Shown here piece after piece: positions 43,400 through 52,902 of a DNA stretch of 64,000 nucleotides. A program made the position numbers and the translations under genes. This DNA comes from Parcubacteria group bacterium M6-OD1-1 (GTDB taxonomy: Bacteria; Patescibacteriota; Minisyncoccia; GWC2-36-17; M10-OD1-4): positions 88,729 through 152,728 of the forward strand of contig LSNK01000001.1 in NCBI GenBank assembly GCA_003056085.1, in the 5' to 3' direction. Position 1 is the first letter of the stretch. Each line of letters begins with the position of its first letter. The notes under the pieces are model-generated. The model had not been told where the DNA came from, did no database searches, and saw only the letters and a list, made by a program, of their open reading frames with translations.

Positions 43400-43488
43400 G
43401 GAGAGGTGACTGAGTGGCTGAAAGTGACACCCTGCTAAGGTGTTGTACGGGTTAAACCGTACCGAGGGTTCGAATCCCTCCCTCTCCG
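43400..43488 (+). tRNA. tRNA-Ser(GCT)
   Basis: GGAGAGGTGACTGAGTGGCTGAAAGTG ACACC CTGCTAA GGTGT, long variable arm, GGTTCGAATCC. Confidence 0.95.
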
Positions 43489-43560
43489 CAATAGTAAAAA
43501 GGAAGTGCTAATTTATTAGCGCTTCTTTTTTACTTCTGTGAAGTAGGGATTCGAAGAATC

Positions 43561-43632
43561 CTCCCTGTTTGTTCAAATTTTCACCTAAAAGGTACAGGTA
43601 ATTTAATAACAAAACGCAGTACCTTTAGTGTA
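43561..43632 (+). repeat. Structured element copy F (CTCCC...GCAG family)
   Basis: CTCCC TGTTTGT TCAAATT...AATTTAA TA ACAAAAC GCAGTAC CTTTAGT GTA. Confidence 0.7.
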
Positions 43633-44039
43633 AGCCATTCGTTTTTTTATTTTATGATGTCTATTGGATAAAATCCGAACTTATTTTAAACAGAACCCCG
43701 ACTAATCACGTGCCGAGCGCATGGTAACTCTAAACTTTCTCTTACGCTTCTATGAATTGGTAATTCTGTCGGTGTGTTTCCGTCCACCCCTGCTGTGTTG
43801 CGATGAACCAAAACAGAAATTTTTTCAATACATTTTTTTAATTTTTTTCTGTCCTCATCTTTTTCTTTTAATAGAATTTGTGAAGTGCCCTGCGGGTGAA
43901 AAAATTTTTCTGTTTGGGGTTTCCTCTTAACCAGAGAAAAGCGGAAACGTTCTAATCTGAATCGCAAGAAGAACAAAATTCCTTCCCCCATCACACCTAT
44001 GCGCGAGCAATATAAAGGAATTCCCTGAAATTTCAAAAG

Positions 44040-45581
44040 CTATTGACGTTCAAATACCTCTTTTAATTGAGCGCGAGTCTTTGGTCCGACCAAGCCGTAT
44101 CCGGTAGTTTTTTCATCTCCAAAAGAAACAATATCGTGTTTTTTTTGAAACCTTCTTACTGCGTCTTGAGTAAGTTGTCCAAAATATCTAGTCTCATTGC
44201 TCGCTGAGCCGGAGCCTTGATCGGCAAGTTTTGTATCAGGGTCTGAATTGAGCAACTGTTGCAATTCTTTTACATCGTCATTCTGCATTCCAAATCGAAG
44301 AGTTTTAATAAACACAGCCAAAATAGGTTGAGTCGGCGTTTCCAGCTGTTGAATAGAAGGGGTTTCCGTTGGTATTTCTGTGGGTTGTTGTAAAAAAGAA
44401 TTCACAAACGCTCTGGTTGACGGCCCGAAAAAACCAGTGCCTCTTTTTAATCCTATAGGAGCCAAAATTTTCGAGGCGTGCTTTTGCTGGTATATAATGA
44501 GTGCTTTTTTGGTTAAAGGCCCGAAGTATTTGGTTTCGTTGCCCGGAGAACCTGGGCCTTGATTCGCCAAAGGATGCAGTTGGTTTAAGAATTTTTGCAA
44601 AGTTTTGACATTTTCTCCTTTGTCGCCAAAACGCATATTGCGCTTAAAAAGCACTACTGTTGTAAAATGTTCCTGTGGAGGTAATTGAAAAATCTTTTTG
44701 GGAGCATAAATAACACTATCGGAGATAACTTTTGAATACCGTACATATTTGTTAGAAAATTTAACATAGAGTGTTTTTTCTCCATATTTTCCCGATAAGA
44801 TCCATGAGGTTGAAGTAGTGTAATTGATATATATAGCTGGAGAGAAGTTTAAATTATCCGCAATAGCAATTTTTTCAGCATCCGGTCCGCCTTCAAAATT
44901 AAGAATGACAGTAGCGTCATTAGTAATATCTGGAATTATGAAAAATTTAAATCCGTCATCTGGTTCAGTTAGAGGAGGCGGAGTCCAGCCACCACCACCT
45001 CCGCTAATAGGGTCAGTTTCGTCAGTGTCGCTAGCTGACGAGCAGCCGGGATCTGAAGGATAATCAATTAGACCATCGCCGTCATCATCAAGAGAATTAT
45101 TGCAAGCCGCCCGCGCGCTTTGAGGACGCCAATCTGTTTTGACTTTAAAATCAGATGAACCGCAAGAGCTGGCATTGGCGCAATTAAAACTAATTTGGCC
45201 TGTTACAGTGCTTGAAGCGTAGCCGCTGAAATATCCCGAGCTACCAATAGTAACACCGGAAAAATCTACCCAGCCGGTATTTTCTCCCCAAGCTGAGCCG
45301 GACAATATTCCTTCGCCGTTATTGTTAACGCCTGAACCGTCTGGATTAAGGTTGATCCAACCGTAATTGGCGCTCCATGTATATCCGGTCATGCCTGTAT
45401 CAGTAATGGCTACACTGCCGCCGGATACGCCAAAATTTATCCAACCGGCATTTTCCGACCAAGCGTATTTATATGTAGAGTCAATTGTGCCGTTGGTTTC
45501 AGAAGCGAAAGCAAAACTTGGCAATAATAGAATTATAGATGTTACTAAAATAAAAAATAATTTTACGTATTTTAATTTCAT
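44040..45581 (-). CDS. Secreted protein with WSENxGW repeats and two peptidoglycan-binding-like domains
   Basis: YAWSENAGWINF repeats; DDDGDGLIDYPSDPGC; VKxLQxxLN...YFGxLTxxA twice. Confidence 0.8.
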   Translation of the reverse strand: MKLKYVKLFFILVTSIILLLPSFAFASETNGTIDSTYKYAWSENAGWINFGVSGGSVAITDTGMTGYTWSANYGWINLNPDGSGVNNNGEGILSGSAWGENTGWVDFSGVTIGSSGYFSGYASSTVTGQISFNCANASSCGSSDFKVKTDWRPQSARAACNNSLDDDGDGLIDYPSDPGCSSASDTDETDPISGGGGGWTPPPLTEPDDGFKFFIIPDITNDATVILNFEGGPDAEKIAIADNLNFSPAIYINYTTSTSWILSGKYGEKTLYVKFSNKYVRYSKVISDSVIYAPKKIFQLPPQEHFTTVVLFKRNMRFGDKGENVKTLQKFLNQLHPLANQGPGSPGNETKYFGPLTKKALIIYQQKHASKILAPIGLKRGTGFFGPSTRAFVNSFLQQPTEIPTETPSIQQLETPTQPILAVFIKTLRFGMQNDDVKELQQLLNSDPDTKLADQGSGSASNETRYFGQLTQDAVRRFQKKHDIVSFGDEKTTGYGLVGPKTRAQLKEVFERQ

Positions 45582-45603
45582 AAAATAATTTTACGAAGAA
45601 TTT

Positions 45604-45891
45604 TTATTTGCCAACCGACCTATTTTTACTTCCATTTCGCAAATAGACAATATTGACAACTTCCACCTTTTTATCACCGTCATATATATAAAGGAACTTT
45701 AACGCATTTTTTCGTAGCTGTTATTAGTGTTCTTATAGAATCAGACACGCCTTTTTGATAGACAGTTTTTAAATATCGCGTTTTAAATTTCTGCCATTGG
45801 TCGTGGGCAACATAACCAACGGAAAATACAGCTCAAACAACAACAATAAAAATTAAAATATTTTTTTAGTTATAATATTTTTTTCAGTCAT
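45604..45891 (-). pseudogene. Small membrane-protein pseudogene (two frameshifts and an internal TGA)
   Basis: Manual reconstruction MTEKNIITKK/NILIFIVVV*AVFSVGYVAHDQWQKFK...KKCVKVPLY/DGDKKVEVVNI. Confidence 0.55.
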
Positions 45892-45916
45892 ACTGGTTAA
45901 ATAATTATTTTTCATA

Positions 45917-47887
45917 TTATTTATAATAATCTACCCATCCACCTAATAATGTATATCCAGTTCCAACATGAAGTATTAAATAATTACTAGCGGTTGATTT
46001 TACGACTCTAGCTCTATAAATATCGCTGTAAGAAACATCAGTAATGACTTCTTCTTCAGAATTAGCAATATTTAATACTTGTATAGCACTATTTATGATA
46101 CCTCCATTGGCGCCAATATTAAGAAAATTATATCCGTTAACCCAAGTAGAAGATATATACATCCGATAAACTGCACCATACCTACCACCTTGTTGGTCAG
46201 GACTGTAATATGCAATACCATCTGCAGGAACTACATAAGCACCATCCGAAACCCTCTTTAGTCTTCCAGCAAAGCCACCAGAGCTTATGCCATTTCCGTC
46301 AATTCTTGCTATCACAGCATTGTTTGCATAAATATCAAAAATTCCATCTGAAACCCAATTAAAGCCAGTATCACTATCTCCTATCGCTAAGTCAATAGAA
46401 GGAGAAGCGCTAGTCCCAATACCAACATTTCCAATTGAGGTTATTCTTACTCGCTCAACATTATTCGTATAAAATTCAATTTGTCCGTCAGCCGTACTAA
46501 ACATACCTCCGTCTGTATCACCTGGGGAAGTAAAAGAGTATCCACCACCGTTGGAAGGGGTAGCTCCTTTGGCTCTTATTTGCCCGTTTACTTCTAGCTT
46601 TACATTTGGGGCGCTGTTTCCAATGCCGACATTACCAGTGTCTAAAATAGTAAATATATTAGTGCGAGTATAAGATCCGTCATCAGCATTTACTCTTAAC
46701 CCTACATCTGTTTTTTGCCATTCAGCCCAAGTGGATGTTGCAGAATTTTCTTTTAAATAAATTGCGGCCGCTAAACTGCCAGTAACCATAATTTTGGTAT
46801 CACCACCACTTACTTCTAAAAGCTGAGCAGGAGCGTTAGTCCCAATACCAACTTTTGCATTTAAAATATTTACTTCATCAGTTGTTTGGTCGTCAAATTC
46901 AATTCTTCCGGCAGCTGCGCCCAAACCGAGCCAATCACCTGTTGCTGTTGAATCAGCAAAAGCTGCGCCTGTTGTCATAGACCCTACTTTGGTAATATCT
47001 CCAGATCCTACGCTCGTCCATGCAGGATTGGCACCTGCCCCAAGAGTTTTTAGAAGTTGTCCTGATGTTCCCGGAGATAGATTTACCCAATTAGTTCCAT
47101 TAAAATATATAATGTCTCCTTGACTGGCTGTAATACCAGCAATGTCTGTAAGGTAGGCGTTACCGGCTTGCTTAGCATTCCAAGTAGAGGCCGAAGAAAT
47201 ATATGAATCGCCAATAGCGGTGCCATTCCATACGCCCGTTGCAATTGTACCTAATGTGGTAATATTTGATGTTCCCGCCCAAATTGATAAGGCAGTATTT
47301 TCTACATTGCCAAGACTAAGATTAGTTCTAGCCGCTGCGTAGTTAGCAGAACCAAGCAATGTCTGGATATTTGCGGAAGGCGTAATTCCAGCGTAAGTAG
47401 TTAAGTCAGCGTCATATGCTTGAACATTTGTTCCAATAACCAAACCCAAGTTAGTTCTGGCGGTAGAAGTACTGGCTAAATCTGAAAGATTGTTAGTTGA
47501 AAGAAGATCTCCTCCTCCACTACTAATAGTGCCCCACGCAGGATTAACGCCTGCTCCAAGAGTTTTTAGAAATTGCCCTGACGTCCCTGGAGCTATATTT
47601 ACCCAATTAGTTCCATTAAAATATATAATATCTCCTTGACTGGCTGTAATGCTTGAAATATCTGTGAGATAATCATTTCCATTCTGTGGAGTATTTACTG
47701 TACAGTTAGTGTCTCCTGGAGCGCAAGTTGGAGATAGAGTCTCTCCAAGATTATATGACGATCCTGGTGGAGCAGCCAAGGCAGTGTAAATAAAGGTTGA
47801 GAAAGCAATGATAAAAACACCAAGCAAAAACTTACTGCTTGTTTGCAGGACATTTATAACAGTGAGTAATTTGTGTAAATTTCTCAT
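45917..47887 (-). CDS. Secreted fibre/adhesin-like repeat protein
   Basis: Signal/TM; duplicated ITASQGDIIYFNGTNWVN..PGTSGQ.LKTLGAG.NPAW; ARTNLGL; GNVGIG repeats. Confidence 0.75.
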   Translation of the reverse strand: MRNLHKLLTVINVLQTSSKFLLGVFIIAFSTFIYTALAAPPGSSYNLGETLSPTCAPGDTNCTVNTPQNGNDYLTDISSITASQGDIIYFNGTNWVNIAPGTSGQFLKTLGAGVNPAWGTISSGGGDLLSTNNLSDLASTSTARTNLGLVIGTNVQAYDADLTTYAGITPSANIQTLLGSANYAAARTNLSLGNVENTALSIWAGTSNITTLGTIATGVWNGTAIGDSYISSASTWNAKQAGNAYLTDIAGITASQGDIIYFNGTNWVNLSPGTSGQLLKTLGAGANPAWTSVGSGDITKVGSMTTGAAFADSTATGDWLGLGAAAGRIEFDDQTTDEVNILNAKVGIGTNAPAQLLEVSGGDTKIMVTGSLAAAIYLKENSATSTWAEWQKTDVGLRVNADDGSYTRTNIFTILDTGNVGIGNSAPNVKLEVNGQIRAKGATPSNGGGYSFTSPGDTDGGMFSTADGQIEFYTNNVERVRITSIGNVGIGTSASPSIDLAIGDSDTGFNWVSDGIFDIYANNAVIARIDGNGISSGGFAGRLKRVSDGAYVVPADGIAYYSPDQQGGRYGAVYRMYISSTWVNGYNFLNIGANGGIINSAIQVLNIANSEEEVITDVSYSDIYRARVVKSTASNYLILHVGTGYTLLGGWVDYYK

Positions 47888-48128
47888 ATAGCTTCTATTT
47901 CTACTAAACTTACTTTTTTATATTAATTCGGTAAAGAAATTAATTAATTTATAATCGCGATTTTTTGACAAAATTGATTTAAGTATATTTTTTTATAATT
48001 CTAATATTTGTATAATACCATATTTTCAATTATAATAATATCTGTCAATATGAAATATTAAATTAACACTTAGGTAGTAGTAATAAATTAAATACTCTAT
48101 CTTAATGTTAGTATTATATTTTAAAGTT

Positions 48129-48332
48129 ATGTCAAGTAATCAAAACTTATCAAAAAATATAAAACGATTAAGGAAAACCAAAGGGCTCTCACAAGAAAAA
48201 TTGGCGAGACTGGCCGATGTCGCCAATAATACCCTTATTAAAATGGAAACAGGGGAAAATAAAAATCCAACACTTAAAACCTTAAAAAAGGTTGCAAACG
48301 CCTTTGGGGTTAGTGTTGATGATTTAATTTAA
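48129..48332 (+). CDS. XRE-family HTH regulator (start probably 48129 rather than 48105)
   Basis: IKRLRKTKGLSQEKLA...METG..NPTL.TL..VA.AFGVSVDDL. Confidence 0.9.
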   Translation: MSSNQNLSKNIKRLRKTKGLSQEKLARLADVANNTLIKMETGENKNPTLKTLKKVANAFGVSVDDLI

Positions 48333-48355
48333 TTAACTAATTTTATTTAAAAATT

Positions 48356-49357
48356 ATGGAAAATACATCAAAAAAACACATTGTTCTAAAAATTTTATTA
48401 GCATTATTGCCTGCTTTAATCTTTACACAAAATTACGCTTGGATGACGCTTAATTCGTTTACAGGAGTAGCTTTTTTGATTATTTGGGCGTTAATGATTT
48501 GGAGTGTTTGGCAATTCACAGAAAAGAACTATATTATTGAAAGATTTTTTCGCCTAACGGAAATATCTTTCTTTTTACTTCCTTTGTCAGCTATCATTTT
48601 TGCATTTGTTCTTGGCTCTCAAGTAGTTACCTCTACATCAAACGAAATTGAGCAAGCTGGAGCTGCTTTAGGTACGGCAATAGGTGGAACTTTTGCAGTT
48701 ATCTTAGCTTTTATTATTGGGCTTATAGGGGGTATCATCATGCACTTAATAACCAGCAAATATGATAAAAAAGCAGAGGCGTCTGAAGTAAAACAATCAG
48801 AATCTTTATCGAACAAACACGGCGTTATCCTTTCACTCGTTGCCGTGATTACTCTTGCTATTATCATAGGTTCTATTTCAAGTGCTCAACAATCCGCACA
48901 AATTACTAAAGAAAAGGAAGAATTAAGTAATAGCTTACAACAGAGCGGAATAAATCAAACTGATACAACGGAAACAGAACAAATAAAAACAGAAAACAAA
49001 AAAGTCACGATAGAAATTATGAGTAAAAATTTTCATGAGGCAGATTATATGTCAGGCGATTATCAGGATCAAATCACAATGGATTTGAAATTTACCAACA
49101 CTACCGATAAAGAAATAAGAGGAGTTGAGGGCGTGCTTACTTTTTACGATATTTTTGATAATAAAATATCCGCGACAAAAGTAAGTTACGACAAAGGAAT
49201 CCCCGCAAACGAAAGCAAAGTTTGGAAATCTGGAACAAACTATAATCAATTTATGGATGAGGATATAAAGTTGAGAAACACTGAACTAAAAGACTTGAAG
49301 TACAAATGGGAAGTTTCAACGATTATTTACACCGATGGCAGTAAAGAAACATTATAA
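48356..49357 (+). CDS. Multi-TM membrane protein with an exported C-terminal domain
   Basis: About 5 TM helices followed by a beta-rich domain (FTNTTDKEIRGVEG..FYDIF). Confidence 0.75.
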   Translation: MENTSKKHIVLKILLALLPALIFTQNYAWMTLNSFTGVAFLIIWALMIWSVWQFTEKNYIIERFFRLTEISFFLLPLSAIIFAFVLGSQVVTSTSNEIEQAGAALGTAIGGTFAVILAFIIGLIGGIIMHLITSKYDKKAEASEVKQSESLSNKHGVILSLVAVITLAIIIGSISSAQQSAQITKEKEELSNSLQQSGINQTDTTETEQIKTENKKVTIEIMSKNFHEADYMSGDYQDQITMDLKFTNTTDKEIRGVEGVLTFYDIFDNKISATKVSYDKGIPANESKVWKSGTNYNQFMDEDIKLRNTELKDLKYKWEVSTIIYTDGSKETL

Positions 49358-49359
49358 AT

Positions 49360-49705
49360 ATGGGAATTTTTAACACAATTATTGATAAGCACAAAGCAAC
49401 AAAGCAAAAATCTCTAAATAAAAAAGAATTTAGGGAAGCTCTTTTGCATGCCGTTGATGATGGAAAATTAACTAAAAAAGAAAACAGAACTTGGTTTAAC
49501 CGATGAAGATGTAAAAAGCATGCGTGTAGAGATTTTTACCACCGCTTTTTCGGTCGCAAAAGAAGACAAGCAAGTTACGGAAGAAGAGAAAAAAGAACTG
49601 AAAGAAATCCAAAAATATCTTGGAATTGCAGATGACGAAATACAAACAACAAAAAAAGAGCTTAACCGCTCACGGTTCCAGCACGAGGTTGCTCACAATA
49701 ACTAA
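49360..49705 (+). pseudogene. Frameshifted, truncated TerB-like helical protein
   Basis: ATG 49360 MGIFNT...AVDDGKLTKKE, frameshift near 49483, then LGLTDED...AKEDKQVTEEEKKEL..IQKYLGI. Confidence 0.6.
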
Positions 49706-49740
49706 AATACCAGACTTTTATCTGGTATTTTAGTTATTGT
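49695..49740. terminator. Perfect inverted repeat with 20-bp arms at the island edge
   Basis: ACAATAACTAAAATACCAGA-CTTTTA-TCTGGTATTTTAGTTATTGT. Confidence 0.75.
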
Positions 49741-49880
49741 AATCGATTGTAATTTTTATACAAAATAAATGCCCTCTACTAATAAACTACTTCATCGCAT
49801 TTCAATAAAACAAAAACTTTGATATAATAATACAAAAAGGTCATCTAATTTATTTATTAATAATTAAATATAAAAATACA

Positions 49881-50264
49881 ATGTTAAAAAATTTATCTAT
49901 TAAAACATCTACACAAGATCTCTTTTTTAGAATCGGACTTTCAAGTTTTTTTCTTATAAATTCATTAACCGCATGGCTTGCGCCCGATGAATTTTTAGAA
50001 CTACTGGGGATGAACTCTCTTGCCTCAGCAATTGCAGACCCTCAATTTTGGGTTTATGTTATAGGAATCAATGACGCTATATTATTTTTATTGATTCTCT
50101 CCGGATATTGGCGCAAAAAAATCGCCATTTGGGCGGGACTTTGGGTAATCGCTGTTATGTATGTAACAATATCTGAAGGTACAATGGAATTTATTGAGCA
50201 TATCGGTATTTTATCTTTTGCTTTTTATTATTACTTTACATTTCAAAAAACTTCTCAAGAATAG
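49881..50264 (+). CDS. DoxX-like membrane protein
   Basis: FFRIGL..F, four TM helices, IEHIGIL. Confidence 0.6.
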   Translation: MLKNLSIKTSTQDLFFRIGLSSFFLINSLTAWLAPDEFLELLGMNSLASAIADPQFWVYVIGINDAILFLLILSGYWRKKIAIWAGLWVIAVMYVTISEGTMEFIEHIGILSFAFYYYFTFQKTSQE

Positions 50265-50341
50265 TAAAGATAATAAAATTATCGAAAAAAATTACTACCT
50301 GTTGCGCAGTCGCGTAATAGGTAGTAATTTTTTAGTTTAAA

Positions 50342-50821
50342 TTAAATATTTAAAATTCTAAAAAGCGCTATCCCTAAAGAGACGGATACATTTAAAGATT
50401 CTTTTTCCCCTCTCATTTTGATTTCGGCCACCACATCGCACCTTTTAAGAATTTGTTTTGAAATTCCCTTAACTTCATTGCCAAACAAAAAAGCAATCGG
50501 ATATTTTGGCTTTATTTTTTTGTAATCTAAAGAATCTTCCGACAGCTCAACCCCAACAACAAAGACCCTTTCTTTTTTAAGTTTTTTAATTAAAGAACCC
50601 ACCTGTTTACAGTGTTCCCATTTAACGCTTTTTTCCGCGCCTAAAGCAGACTTGGCAAAATCTTTTCTTTTCCTGCCAAACCTATCAAGTGGTGTTGGAG
50701 TATAACCGCAAAGATATATTTTTGAAATACCGGCAGCATCTGCGGTCCTAAAAATAGCTCCGACATTGTAAACGCTTCTTATATTATGAAGTATTATAAA
50801 AGCTTCTTTTTTATTATTCAT
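50342..50821 (-). CDS. SpoU/TrmH-family RNA methyltransferase
   Basis: NIRSVYNVGAIFRTADA, FGNEVKG, ESLNVSV. Confidence 0.92.
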   Translation of the reverse strand: MNNKKEAFIILHNIRSVYNVGAIFRTADAAGISKIYLCGYTPTPLDRFGRKRKDFAKSALGAEKSVKWEHCKQVGSLIKKLKKERVFVVGVELSEDSLDYKKIKPKYPIAFLFGNEVKGISKQILKRCDVVAEIKMRGEKESLNVSVSLGIALFRILNI

Positions 50822-50883
50822 CTTTAAAGTATATCAAAATTTAAAGTAAAATAAAAAAGTCATTTTATATACTTTTATTTTAA

Positions 50884-51399
50884 ATGAAAAAAGGATATTA
50901 TAGATATATGAACAAAGAAGAGATTTATTACAAAAAATCAGACGACGAAATAGAATGGTCAGCTTACGAATTTTTGCATCACGAAAAAGACAGGCAATGG
51001 TTTTTGGTGTTTTGGATAATATCCGGCGGTGTTTTTGCAAGTCTTCTGATATTTGGCAATACTTTTGGAGCCGCAACCATGGCTTTGTTTATAATTATTT
51101 TGTATATGTATGCTTTAAAAAAGCCTGAAACAATTCATTGCAAACTTACACAAGAAGGAGTTGTATTCAACGATAGATTATTTCCTTACAACAACATTTC
51201 GTCTTTTTGGATTCTTTACGAACCGCCTGTCAAAGAACTCATTATAATAAGCAAGCATAAACTAATGCCCAAAATATCCATTCCGATAGATGATGCCAAC
51301 CCAACAGAAATAAGAGAAATAATGCTCAATAACGGAGTATTAGAAAAAGAAGAGGAGGAAACTCTTTCTGAAATAATTGCAAGAAAGCTAAGATTCTGA
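50884..51399 (+). CDS. Two-TM protein with PH-like C-terminus (DUF5673-like); start may be 50908
   Basis: EWSAYEF..EK..W, two TM helices, FPY..ISSFWI. Confidence 0.65.
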   Translation: MKKGYYRYMNKEEIYYKKSDDEIEWSAYEFLHHEKDRQWFLVFWIISGGVFASLLIFGNTFGAATMALFIIILYMYALKKPETIHCKLTQEGVVFNDRLFPYNNISSFWILYEPPVKELIIISKHKLMPKISIPIDDANPTEIREIMLNNGVLEKEEEETLSEIIARKLRF

Positions 51400-51414
51400 T
51401 ATATAAAGATAAAC

Positions 51415-51488
51415 GCTTCCGTAGCTCAACTGGATAGAGTGCTTGGCTTCGAACCAAGAGGTTGGGGGTTCGAGTCCCTCCGGGAGCA
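51415..51488 (+). tRNA. tRNA-Arg(TCG)
   Basis: GCTTCCGTAGCTCAACTGGATAGAG..CTTGG CTTCGAA CCAAG..GGTTCGAGTCC. Confidence 0.95.
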
Positions 51489-51618
51489 CAAAAATTTAAT
51501 TGGAAAAATTGAGTATTTAGTTTTAGATTTATTTTGGAATATTAAAAAAGCGCGAGTTATTTAACTCGCGCTTTTTGCATAAAATATATTACGCAAAAGA
51601 TTATATTTTAAGCTGTTA

Positions 51619-51876
51619 TTATGCTTCAAAAATCAGGTATTTTTCACCTTCATACGGATACACAACAGCCTTCCCGCTTCTTTTAGCATCATAATTGCCT
51701 TTTACAACAACCATACCCGAAGAATCGGGAATTTCCAGCTCATTTAGTCCATTCTCTCTGATTTCCAAAATGGCACTTTTTATCTTTTTTTGAAAAGAGT
51801 CTGTAAAAGCAATCATAATACTCACCTTGTTTTTTAATAATATAATTATGTAAACATATACATTAAATATTGTCAA
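51619..51876 (-). CDS. Hypothetical protein (start possibly 51816)
   Basis: ORF directly downstream of the kinase; followed by a terminator hairpin at ~51545-51576. Confidence 0.5.
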   Translation of the reverse strand: MTIFNVYVYIIILLKNKVSIMIAFTDSFQKKIKSAILEIRENGLNELEIPDSSGMVVVKGNYDAKRSGKAVVYPYEGEKYLIFEA

Positions 51877-52483
51877 TGTATTTTTTCAATTTTCTTTTGG
51901 TTATTTTTAAAAACTCAAAGTCGTCGGTAAAATAAGTTACTTTGCTTTTGATGTCATCAAATTCTCTGTATGGGTCTTCATCACCAAAATACATTTTTTT
52001 CCCATTTCCAAAATCAATTACAAAAGGTTCACCGTTTTTACCCACCATAATATTTCTATCTTGAGCATCTCTATGAAAGATATCTTCTTTATGCATCTTA
52101 GTGAAAAAATTCTCCAAACTGCTGAAAAATAAATCAATGTTAAAATTTTCCGGAAGATTCTCCCTTCCTTCTATAACATCGCTTAAACTGACAGCATCTA
52201 ACCTTTCCATAACAAGCGCATGCACGTTATCTCCCGATTGTGTTTTAGCTTTTATTGAATAATACGGATTCGGAACTCTAACAACATCATCTATCTCTCT
52301 TAAACTATCCAAAAGTTTCGCTTCTTCATCTACCTTGCTAAACTCATTTCCTTTATAATAGTCACCTTCTATATCCTTAATAATCTTATAGCAAATTTCC
52401 GGATTTGTTTCACTGAAGCTGACTTCCGCTGTCCTTCCCTCTCCTAATCTATTTTTTTGGGTTCCTAAAATTTCAAAAAATTT
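51863..52483 (-). pseudogene. N-terminally truncated protein-kinase-like gene
   Basis: Frame extends upstream of the track ORF: LGEGRTAEV Gly-loop, CYK, LVME, HRDAQDRN, IDFG; no start codon before the IS30 junction. Confidence 0.8.
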
Positions 52484-52816
52484 ATGAATGTATTTCTTTT
52501 TTTATCAAAGAATTATTTTCAATGATTCTTTGGTTAATTTTAGAGCTTCTTCTTTTTTCTTTAGATAGTCTATGTGCTGCAGCTCCTTTGTAGACATCCT
52601 TGCCATTTCTTTTAACTTCTCTTAATATCGTTGTTCTGTGAAAATCTAACTCTTTTCCTATTTCCGCGTATGTACGTCCTTGTTTTAACATCAAAGCTAT
52701 ACAAACACGATCATCTCGTTTAAGATGTTTATGCATACTCGTGGTATTTAATTAGTTGATTACAAACTATTTATACCACGAGTTTTGCTTTGGTGCATTT
52801 CAGGTGTTAATTCAGC
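52482..52816 (-). mobile_element. IS30-family remnant (left IR and N-terminal HTH fragment)
   Basis: HLKRDDR..I...G..AEIGKEL..HRTTILREVKRN IS30-type HTH; IR-like CTGAATTAACACCTGAAATGCACC at ~52792-52815; no DDE domain. Confidence 0.8.
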
Positions 52817-52825
52817 ATCTGCTCT

Positions 52826-52854
52826 TGACAAAAAGCGTAAAAAGTTATTTAATT
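52826..52854 (+). promoter_or_regulatory. Putative sigma70 promoter of the GGDEF gene
   Basis: TTGACA-N17-TTTAAT. Confidence 0.45.
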
Positions 52855-52902
52855 TAACAAATATGCTGGCACTTTACAATCAAATTATTTCAGGAGAATA
52901 TT

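Noticed and set aside
42550-43650. CRISPR array or group I/II intron interpretation of the repeats
   Set aside because: The repeats are tRNA segments with irregular spacing and no cas genes; the inserts are too short and lack P7 or domain V cores.
43686-44036. 116-aa minus-strand ORF
   Set aside because: No recognisable motif and atypical composition; probably non-coding or decayed island sequence.
45604-45891. In-frame TGA as a sign of genetic code 25 or 4
   Set aside because: The same gene also has frameshifts, and TGA is a real stop elsewhere (clpC, comF, pilM), so a pseudogene is the better explanation.
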